Made by a program: the position numbers and the translations under genes. 29,570 nt of DNA, from contig DVLY01000008.1 in the NCBI GenBank assembly GCA_018715295.1, positions 1 through 29,570 of the forward strand, in the 5' to 3' direction. This document shows positions 23,501 to 29,570 of the stretch, piece by piece. The stretch's first letter is position 1, and each line of letters starts with the position of its first letter. The DNA comes from Candidatus Merdimorpha stercoravium. Lineage in GTDB: Bacteria; Bacteroidota; Bacteroidia; Flavobacteriales; UBA1820. The notes below the pieces were generated by a model. It saw only the letters and a list, made by a program, of their open reading frames with translations, was not told the DNA's origin and made no database searches.

Positions 23501-23560
23501 CTGTCCTTGCAAGAAGGACGCCCCGCCCAGCAAGGCGCAAAGTACAAATTTGATGTTCAT
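20537..23560 (-). CDS. Large secreted protein: N-acetylmuramoyl-L-alanine amidase (Amidase_3)-like catalytic residues, an inserted golvesin/xanthan-lyase-C-terminal-like module, FN3 and a C-terminal GATase-like domain; alternative GTG start at 23584
   Basis: Signal ending LQGQAQ; HIAMWQSHG, QTVED, FAFHSDAG, MLLELLSHQN; GTYAVYVSYK...GGTWVYLGKFDF...VVTADGVKIGGG; VRLRWSP...YSYKVTAVNKGGES; AGGNILVSGAY. Confidence 0.75.
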   Translation of the reverse strand: MNIKFVLCALLGGASFLQGQAQTPVDTAFFKAKDDTLTAYCRARQGTHNYYVGRVRLDSLAVSGGQITLYYNPVLAQYPMREDVCADIYAILKDSLPAGLTSYRLRAVSEGKEINELIPRYYREQNARKKAVKLKNIPTPLVAPQDQALTPTEGLYGRHIAMWQSHGYYYEQKLLRWEWQRARIFQTVEDVFTQSFVLPFLVPMLERAGAVVLLPRERDWQIEEIISDNDIPTSGYYEKNGESAWQVGQGAGFNDPKEYYVDGENPFEMGTYRQVATIAKGKESVAVWQPEFEKEGTYAVYVSYKTLPESTDDALYTVYHKGGKTSFRVNQKMGGGTWVYLGKFDFDKGRSGRVELTNRSARAGSVVTADGVKIGGGMGNIARTVPADTSLLAGDARRIAEMGITPEPIVSGYPRFTEGARYFMQWAGVPDSVYAAYQGQDYTDDYAGRPRWVNYLAGGSSVNPGAKGLNIPVDLSFAFHSDAGTKKDNTIVGALSIYTLKSNDKTEFANGESRYDNRDLADLVQTQIVGDVRAQCAPDFTRRQLMNGNYAESRIPEVPSMLLELLSHQNFADMRYGLDPRFRFVVSRAVYKGMLKFLSARDGRPYVVQPLPVDNFSVEFAGNDQVRLRWSPVADTLEPTAMPDAYIVYTRVGDGAFDNGTLVEDTVYTASIAPGQMYSYKVTAVNKGGESFDSEILAAMRAQNEKGTVLIVNGFDRVSAPESFASRDSTYAGFLDFRDSGVPYIEDISYIGPMHEFRRSIPWMDDDSAGFGASDGDYETKVVAGNTFDYPAVHGRSLAQLGYSFVSASNEAVENGSVDMKDYQAVDLILGKQRRSMLGHTEDRVDFEAFSPAMQQAISDYTAAGGNILVSGAYVASDLWDNPWVDKQGKEFANKVLKFRWMTDCASSTGEVEPAVSPYVSLAGNYTFRTRPNEQVYSVESPDGLVPVGDKAFTVMRYADNNISAAVAYRGDDYRTVVLGFPIEVVEGQDKRTELLGNILEFFFQKD

Positions 23561-23614
23561 GGTGAGAAAGTATTTTGTTTTCACGATTTTCTACCTCAAA
23601 AGCGCAAGCGGTTA

Positions 23615-23622
23615 CAAATGTA
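23615..23622 (-). promoter_or_regulatory. -7 promoter box for the amidase-like gene
   Basis: TACATTTG on the minus strand, overlapping a GTTAC-N4-GTAAC palindrome (23611-23624). Confidence 0.55.
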
Positions 23623-23714
23623 ACCAACTTTTGCCGATATTCTTTCGCAAAAAGGCAATTTTGCACGCGAATTTTTCCCGACCCCGGAGCATCCGAAACG
23701 CCCGAAAAAATGCG

Positions 23715-23722
23715 TAACTTTG
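23715..23722 (+). promoter_or_regulatory. -7 promoter box for the holB operon
   Basis: TAACTTTG only 6 nt before ATG 23729. Confidence 0.65.
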
Positions 23723-23728
23723 TTTCTC

Positions 23729-24841
23729 ATGCTGGCAAAGGACATCATCGGCAACCAGGGCGTACGCGCCCTGCTGGAAAGCTCCGCCGAACGGGGGCGG
23801 GTGGCGCACGCACAGCTGTTCGTCGCTCCCGAAGGGGTCGGCGTGCTGCCCATTGCCATCGCATATGCCGCACGGGTGCTGGGCATCGACCCGGACAAGG
23901 CACTCACGCAGCCGGACCTGCATTTCGCCTTTCCGGTCAATACCACCCGGGAGGTAAAGAAATCGCCGGTGAGCGACGACTTCCTCGAATCCTGGCGGCG
24001 GTTCGTCCGCGAAATGCCCTATGGGGAACTCCCCGACTGGTACGCCTTGCTGGAGATCGAGAACAAACAGGGGCTCATCGGCAAGGAGGAAGCGGAATCC
24101 ATTGCCAAAAAACTCTCGCTCAAGTCCTTCTCCGGAGGGTATCGGGCGATGATCATCTGGCATGCCGAAAAGATGAACCCCACGGCGGCCAACAAACTGC
24201 TCAAACTCATCGAAGAGCCTGCCGAAAACACCCTGATCCTGCTGACTACCGACGACCCTTCGGCCATCCTGCCCACGATCGCCTCGCGCACCCAGCGGAT
24301 CGACCTGCGCCGGATCTCCGAACAGGACATCGCCCGGGAGTTGACCGAGCGCTACCAGGCTTCGCCCGCAGCTGCGCAGAACGCCGCGCGAAGCGCACAA
24401 GGGAGCATGGGACGCGCCCTCCAACTGCTGCGCGAGGGCGGACACGCCGGTATCTTTCCGGAGATGTTCGTCCGATTCGTCCGCTCGGCTTTCATGGCCA
24501 AGAAAAAACCCGCCGAACTCAACCGCCTGCTCGAATGGGCCGACCGCATGGCCGCCCTTTCCCGGGAGCAGCAAAAACAATTCCTGCAATACTGCTGCGA
24601 GGTATTCCGCCAAGGGCTGATGTACAACTACGGAGCCTCGGCCCTGGTCTATCCCCAGGAATTTGCCGATGGGTTCAACTTCGAGAGCTTCGCCGGCTAC
24701 GTGCACGGGCGCAACATCGCCGACATTTACCGGGAACTCGACCGGGCACAATACCACATCGAGCGCAATGCCAATTCAAAACTCGTATTCTTTTCCACCG
24801 CGGTAAACCTCACGCGGTACCTGCACGCCAAACCGATATAA
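23729..24841 (+). CDS. holB: DNA polymerase III subunit delta-prime (start corrected from TTG 23720)
   Basis: DIIGNQ, RVAHAQLF, PDLHFAFPV, KLSLKSFSGGYRAMIIWHAEKMNPTAANKLLKLIEEP, ILPTIASRTQ, YHIERNANSK. Confidence 0.9.
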   Translation: MLAKDIIGNQGVRALLESSAERGRVAHAQLFVAPEGVGVLPIAIAYAARVLGIDPDKALTQPDLHFAFPVNTTREVKKSPVSDDFLESWRRFVREMPYGELPDWYALLEIENKQGLIGKEEAESIAKKLSLKSFSGGYRAMIIWHAEKMNPTAANKLLKLIEEPAENTLILLTTDDPSAILPTIASRTQRIDLRRISEQDIARELTERYQASPAAAQNAARSAQGSMGRALQLLREGGHAGIFPEMFVRFVRSAFMAKKKPAELNRLLEWADRMAALSREQQKQFLQYCCEVFRQGLMYNYGASALVYPQEFADGFNFESFAGYVHGRNIADIYRELDRAQYHIERNANSKLVFFSTAVNLTRYLHAKPI

Positions 24842-24858
24842 CTTCCCCCTATCCGAAC

Positions 24859-26199
24859 ATGGACGAGAACATCCTGATAAAAAACGCAAAAATCGTAGAC
24901 GAAGGCTCGATCGTCGAGAGCGACGTATTGATCCGCAAAGGCATCATCGAACGGATCGACCCCTCGATCAGCCTGCCGGTGGGCACGCGCCTGATCCTGG
25001 CCGACAACCAATACCTGCTCCCCGGCGTTATCGACACGCACGTGCATTTCCGCGATCCCGGGCTGACGGACAAGGCCGATTTCGCCACCGAATCCGCCGC
25101 CGCTGCCGCAGGCGGGGTTACCTCGGTGATCGACATGCCCAATACTCTTCCCCCGGCGCTCACTCCGGAACTGCTGGAAGAAAAGTTCGGCATCGCGGCT
25201 CAGAAATCGTCGGTCAATTACTCCTTTATGATCGGAGCCAGCGAAAGCAACCTGGAGGACATCCTCCGCGCCGACCCAGCGCGGGTAGCCGCCGTCAAGG
25301 TGTTCTTCGGTTCCTCGACGGGGGACATGGCGCTCAAGGACCCCGAGGCCATCGAACGTTTGTTCGTTTCCTCCCCCCTGCTCATTGCCGCGCATTGCGA
25401 AGACGATGCCCGGATCGCCGGAAACCTGGCCAAAGCCCGGGAAGAATTCGGGGAAGACATCCCTGCGGCGATGCACGCCCGGATCCGCGACGAGGAGGCC
25501 TGCCTGCGAAGCTCCTCGGCAGCGATCGATCTGGCTAAAAAGACCGGCGCACGCCTGCACCTGTTGCACGTAAGTTCGGCCTGCGAGCTGAACCAACTCT
25601 CGAGCATGAAACCCGGTTCGTACAAAAAGATCACGGCCGAGGTCTGCACGCACCACTTGTTTTTCGACGAGCGGGACTACGCCACCCTGGGCAACCTCAT
25701 CAAAGTGAACCCTTCGGTAAAATCGGAAGAAGACCGGGAAGCCCTGTGGGAGGCGCTGCGCTCGGGACGGATCGACACGATCGGTTCGGACCACGCCCCG
25801 CATACGGCCCAAGAAAAAGCGCGCCCGTACCTCAAGTGCCCTTCCGGAGGGCCGATGATCCAGCACACCCTGCCGGCCATGCTCTCCGAGGTGGTCAAGG
25901 GACACTTTACCCTGGAGCAAGTAGTGGAAAAGATGTGCCACAATCCGGCGCGGATCTTCCAGATCGAACGCCGGGGCTTCCTGCGCGAGGGGTATTTCGG
26001 CGATGCGGTGCTGGTGGAGTTCAACAGTCCTTGGCGTGTGCGCCGAGAGTCCCTGAAGTACAAGTGCGGTTGGTCGGCCTTCGAGGGGCGGATGTTCCCG
26101 GCGCGCATCACCCACACCCTGGTCGGAGGACAACTCGCCTACGCCGAAGGCAAACTGTACCCCGTTACCTCGCCCGCAGCGCTGACCTTCGAACGATAA
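24859..26199 (+). CDS. pyrC: Dihydroorotase (446 aa; true start is inside the 874-aa ORF-track call)
   Basis: LLPGVIDTHVHFRDPG, AAAAGGVTSVIDMPNT, VKVFFGSSTG, TAEVCTHHL, IKVNPSVK, IGSDHAPH. Confidence 0.93.
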   Translation: MDENILIKNAKIVDEGSIVESDVLIRKGIIERIDPSISLPVGTRLILADNQYLLPGVIDTHVHFRDPGLTDKADFATESAAAAAGGVTSVIDMPNTLPPALTPELLEEKFGIAAQKSSVNYSFMIGASESNLEDILRADPARVAAVKVFFGSSTGDMALKDPEAIERLFVSSPLLIAAHCEDDARIAGNLAKAREEFGEDIPAAMHARIRDEEACLRSSSAAIDLAKKTGARLHLLHVSSACELNQLSSMKPGSYKKITAEVCTHHLFFDERDYATLGNLIKVNPSVKSEEDREALWEALRSGRIDTIGSDHAPHTAQEKARPYLKCPSGGPMIQHTLPAMLSEVVKGHFTLEQVVEKMCHNPARIFQIERRGFLREGYFGDAVLVEFNSPWRVRRESLKYKCGWSAFEGRMFPARITHTLVGGQLAYAEGKLYPVTSPAALTFER

Positions 26200-26211
26200 A
26201 CCGACCGAACT

Positions 26212-26637
26212 ATGTCCGTTTCAAAAATTTACCGTAACTTTGCACGCGTATTTCTCCTGGTGCTGCTCTCGGCAGCGGCCGTGGGGTGCAAGTACCGGTA
26301 CATCGAAAAACCGGAACGTCTGCTCTCCCCCGAAGAGATGTCCGAGGTCATCTGCGAATTGGCTTACCTGAATGTCGCGGAAGAGCAAGGGGCTTTCGAG
26401 CAGGACTCGGTCCTGGCCAAAATCGGCAAGAAAGCCTTCATCCAGAAACTGTACGAGCAGTACGGCATCGACAAGCAGATCCTCCGGCAGAACAACGAGT
26501 ACTACATGGAGAACCACAAACTGTACGTAAAGATCTATTCCGACGCGCTCAACCGGCTGAACATCCGCCTGGGCGAGGAGGAAAAAAGGCAGGAAAAACC
26601 CGAAGAACTCACCGACCCCAACGGTTGGGTGCTATGA
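26212..26637 (+). CDS. DUF4296-like lipoprotein
   Basis: Lipobox AVGC; EKPERLLSPEEMSEVICEL...IQKLYEQYGIDKQILRQNNEYY...KIYSDALNRL; follows pyrC as in other Bacteroidota. Confidence 0.72.
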   Translation: MSVSKIYRNFARVFLLVLLSAAAVGCKYRYIEKPERLLSPEEMSEVICELAYLNVAEEQGAFEQDSVLAKIGKKAFIQKLYEQYGIDKQILRQNNEYYMENHKLYVKIYSDALNRLNIRLGEEEKRQEKPEELTDPNGWVL

Positions 26638-26651
26638 CGGAAAGATAAGAT

Positions 26652-27596
26652 ATGGCCCTCGGCGAAAAGCTCTACCACGCAAAAGTCCTCCTGTTCGGAG
26701 AATACGGCATCATCAAGGATTCGATGGGGCTGTCCATCCCGTACGATTTCTACAAGGGAGCCTTGGTGCTGCCCGAAGGCGAGTCCGATGCATCGGCCCG
26801 CCAATCCAACGAGCACATCGCCCGCTTTGCCCAATACCTGGAAACCCTCGACCAAGACCCCACCTTCGAAGCGCACATCGACACCGAATCCCTCCGCCGG
26901 GATGTCGAAGCAGGCCTTTACTTCGACTCGAGCATTCCGCTGGGCTACGGGGTAGGCAGCTCGGGCGCCCTGGTAGCGGCCATCTACGAACGGTACGCCT
27001 CCCCCCGCAAGAAACCCGAGGAACTCACCACGGAGGACATCGTCCGCCTGAAAGGAATCCTGGGACGGATGGAGAGCTTCTTCCACGGGCAAAGTTCGGG
27101 ACTCGACCCGCTGATCTGCTACATGAACCTCCCGATCCTGGTGCGCCCTCACGGGGCGGTCGACCCGGTGGGCATTCCGGCTTCGAACGCCCAAGGAGCC
27201 GGGGCGATCTTTCTGCTGGATTCCGGGATGAAGCACGCTACCGGAAAGCTGATCGACATCTTTTTCGAGAAGATGAAAAGCGAGGGCTTCCGCAAGATGC
27301 TGCGCGAGGAATTCGGCGCGCTCAACGACGCCTGCATCCAGGCCTTTATCGAAGGGCGGAAAAAGAGCCTGCTGGAAAACGTGCGGGCGCTCTCGCAGGT
27401 GGTCCTGACGCATTTTTCCCCGATGATCCCCCGCAGTCTACGCAAGATATGGCTCGACGGGCTCCAAACGGACACCTACTACCTGAAACTGTGCGGAGCC
27501 GGCGGCGGCGGTTTCGTACTGGGATTTACCGACGACTACCGCAAAGCAGCCCGTATGCTTCGGGGATACGCCACGCAGCCGATCTACCGCTTCTGA
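26652..27596 (+). CDS. mvk: Mevalonate kinase-like GHMP kinase, Flavobacteriia type
   Basis: AKVLLFGEY, SIPLGYGVGSSGALVAA (GHMP ATP loop), ESFFHGQSSGLDP, KLCGAGGGGFVLG. Confidence 0.85.
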   Translation: MALGEKLYHAKVLLFGEYGIIKDSMGLSIPYDFYKGALVLPEGESDASARQSNEHIARFAQYLETLDQDPTFEAHIDTESLRRDVEAGLYFDSSIPLGYGVGSSGALVAAIYERYASPRKKPEELTTEDIVRLKGILGRMESFFHGQSSGLDPLICYMNLPILVRPHGAVDPVGIPASNAQGAGAIFLLDSGMKHATGKLIDIFFEKMKSEGFRKMLREEFGALNDACIQAFIEGRKKSLLENVRALSQVVLTHFSPMIPRSLRKIWLDGLQTDTYYLKLCGAGGGGFVLGFTDDYRKAARMLRGYATQPIYRF

Positions 27597-27600
27597 TCCT

Positions 27601-28521
27601 ATGGACCGGGCGAGGAAGTCCCTCCGCAGCCCCCTCGGGGAATCCCGCATGACGATCCTGGCCAAGATCGTCAGCCTGCTGTCCCTCACCCGGGTGTACA
27701 ACATCGCCCTGATCGCCGCCGCGCAATACCTCAGCTGCATCTTTTTCTTCACCTCCCGCCCGCCGGACTTTTCGGAGCTCACCGACCCGCATTTTTTCGT
27801 GCTGGTAGTCTGCACCTGGATGACGATCGCCGCCGGATACATCATCAACTTCTTCTACGACAAGAACAAGGACCTGGTCAACAGTCCTGTCAAAAGCCGG
27901 ATCGACGGGTTCGTTTCCCAAGCGACCACCTTGAAACTGTACCTGACGCTCAACGCCCTGGCCGTGGCCGCCAGCCTGTTCGTCTCGCTGCGCTCCGGGG
28001 TGTTCTTCGCCGGATTCGCCTTCCTGCTGTGGTTTTACTCGCACAAACTGAAAAAAATCCCCCTCGTATCCAACCTTTCGCTGGCCGCCGTAGCCATCGT
28101 GCCGCTCTTTGCCGTCTTTTTCTACCGGAAGATCGTCGATACCCAGGTGGTGGTATCGCACGGCTTGTTCCTGTTTTTCCTGCTGGTAGCCATGAGCATG
28201 CTGAACGACTTGAACAACCGCCGGGGCGATGCCGTATTCGGCTATCGGACTCTGCCGGTAGTCTGGGGTGAACGGGCGGCGGCAAGCGCAGCGGCGGCTG
28301 TACTGGCCGCCGCTGCCGCTTGCACCGCTGCCGTGCTGGTCTTCGAGCGGGGAAACGCTTTTTTCCTCTACTTTCTCGTGGCGGGGGCCGGACTTCTCTG
28401 CGGGACGGTCGCTTTGCTGGTTTGGCCCGCAGACAGGGCCTTCCGCACGATCCTGGTGGGAATAAAACTATTGATCCTTGTCGGATTGCTGTGCATTCCA
28501 CTTCGGGTCGTTCCGTTGTAG
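27601..28521 (+). CDS. UbiA family prenyltransferase related to proteins annotated as geranylgeranylglycerol-phosphate geranylgeranyltransferase (DGGGP synthase-like); alternative start 27649
   Basis: Multi-TM; SLTRVYNI, AAGYIINFFYDKNKDLVNSP, LWFYSHKLKKIPLVSNL, LNDLNNRRGDAVFGYRTLPVVWG. Confidence 0.8.
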   Translation: MDRARKSLRSPLGESRMTILAKIVSLLSLTRVYNIALIAAAQYLSCIFFFTSRPPDFSELTDPHFFVLVVCTWMTIAAGYIINFFYDKNKDLVNSPVKSRIDGFVSQATTLKLYLTLNALAVAASLFVSLRSGVFFAGFAFLLWFYSHKLKKIPLVSNLSLAAVAIVPLFAVFFYRKIVDTQVVVSHGLFLFFLLVAMSMLNDLNNRRGDAVFGYRTLPVVWGERAAASAAAAVLAAAAACTAAVLVFERGNAFFLYFLVAGAGLLCGTVALLVWPADRAFRTILVGIKLLILVGLLCIPLRVVPL

Positions 28522-28614
28522 TGTTAAAATTTTCCGACATTTGTAACCCGTCTCTTTTTTCTGCGTATAGTATAATGTTGCGGAGTTCCAAACCCTCCCG
28601 ACAAACGATACTTC

Positions 28615-29478
28615 ATGAGACAGCTTAAAATTACCAAACAGGTTACCAACCGCGAAACCGCTTCGCTGGACAAATACCTTCAGGAGATCGGAAAGGTAGG
28701 TCTGATCTCGGCCGACGAAGAGGTCGAACTGGCGCAAAAGATCAAAGCCGGCGACCAAAGGGCGCTGGACAAACTCACCAAAGCCAATCTGCGTTTCGTC
28801 GTGTCGGTAGCCAAACAATACCAAAACCAGGGGCTGACCCTCCCCGACCTGATCAACGAGGGCAACCTGGGACTGATCAAGGCCGCCCAGCGTTTCGACG
28901 AGACCCGAGGTTTCAAATTCATCTCGTATGCCGTATGGTGGATCCGGCAGTCCATCCTCCAGGCGCTGGCCGAACAGTCCCGCATCGTCCGCCTGCCGCT
29001 CAACAAGATCGGCTCGATCAACAAGATCAACAAGAAATACGCCGAACTCGAACAGCTCAACGAACGGGCTCCTTCGGCCGAAGAGATCGCCCAGGAACTG
29101 GACATGACCGAGGAGGACGTCAAGGAATCCCTGAAGAACTCCGGCCGGCACATTTCGATGGATGCCCCGCTGGTGGAAGGCGAAGATTCGAACCTCTACG
29201 ACGTGCTCAAAAGCGGCGAATCGCCCAACCCCGACCGCGAACTGATGAACGAATCGCTGCGCATCGAGATCGAACGCGCCCTGCAGACCCTCACTCCGCG
29301 AGAGGCCGACGTGATCCGCCTGTACTTCGGGCTGGGAGGGCAACACGCCATGACCCTGGAGGAAATCGGCGAAACGTTCGACCTGACCCGCGAACGCGTG
29401 CGCCAGATCAAGGAAAAAGCCATCCGACGGTTGAAACACACTTCGCGCAGCAAGATCCTGAAGACTTATCTGGGATAA
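28615..29478 (+). CDS. rpoD: RpoD/SigA family sigma factor, short Bacteroidota primary type lacking region 1.1
   Basis: 287 aa; [98 protein letters not shown]. Confidence 0.95.
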   Translation: MRQLKITKQVTNRETASLDKYLQEIGKVGLISADEEVELAQKIKAGDQRALDKLTKANLRFVVSVAKQYQNQGLTLPDLINEGNLGLIKAAQRFDETRGFKFISYAVWWIRQSILQALAEQSRIVRLPLNKIGSINKINKKYAELEQLNERAPSAEEIAQELDMTEEDVKESLKNSGRHISMDAPLVEGEDSNLYDVLKSGESPNPDRELMNESLRIEIERALQTLTPREADVIRLYFGLGGQHAMTLEEIGETFDLTRERVRQIKEKAIRRLKHTSRSKILKTYLG

Positions 29479-29511
29479 CCCGATCCGTCCCTTCCCAGAC
29501 GGAAAGCCTCC

Positions 29512-29561
29512 GCCGGGCCTTTCCGCAAACTTATTTTCCGGAAAGGCCCGGCTTCTTTTTT
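29512..29561 (+). terminator. Intrinsic terminator after rpoD
   Basis: 14-bp stem GCCGGGCCTTTCCG / CGGAAAGGCCCGGC followed by TTCTTTTTT. Confidence 0.8.
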
Positions 29562-29570
29562 ACTGCATTT

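Noticed and set aside
23575-24858. Apparent 428-aa N-terminal extension fused to dihydroorotase (874-aa ORF)
   Set aside because: It overlaps holB in another frame and crosses two promoters; the PyrC sequence begins at MDENILIK (24859)
20897-28161. Antisense or alternate-frame ORFs (20897-23257, 23612-24757, 24727-26133, 26535-27413 and others)
   Set aside because: Shadows of well-supported genes with no recognisable domains
1-29570. CRISPR array, IS element, invertible promoter, frameshifted pseudogene
   Set aside because: By eye I found no spaced direct repeats, no transposase or recombinase, no inverted repeats flanking a promoter and no broken reading frames

Overview
A GC-rich Bacteroidota chromosomal window. 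Its core genes look Flavobacteriales-like: sppA, ileS-dksA-like, a gldE/CorC-type gene, a TPR protein, tRNA-Arg(ACG), holB-pyrC-DUF4296-mevalonate kinase-UbiA prenyltransferase and a short RpoD. These are interleaved with gut-type accessory surface genes: a solo BACON lipoprotein plus a BACON-M64 peptidase, a GH20 hexosaminidase, an FN3-metallophosphoesterase, a fimbrillin-like/PCMD lipoprotein, AraC, a DUF486 DMT, YeiH and a 1000-aa amidase-like protein. Bacteroidota TAnnTTTG (-7) promoter boxes and intrinsic terminators are visible in most intergenic gaps and correct several ORF-track starts. I found no integrase, transposase or CRISPR array. The best novelty candidate is a 41-aa ORF missing from the ORF track (17594-17719, MKDNKKHLRKEYLAPTAEVVQVDVERGFAVSAPGYGDGGPW). 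It has a YxxP leader-like motif and lies directly upstream of, and in frame with, an orphan type V pilin-like PCMD lipoprotein that carries an AT-shifted, apparently swapped internal segment. Other notable points: a duplicated stand-alone BACON next to an M64 protease, a GIHH-type IleRS2, an A19:U56 tRNA, a delta-prime subunit lacking its zinc module, and a degenerate DGGGP-synthase-like UbiA beside mevalonate kinase. All family calls come from motif recognition by eye, not database searches.
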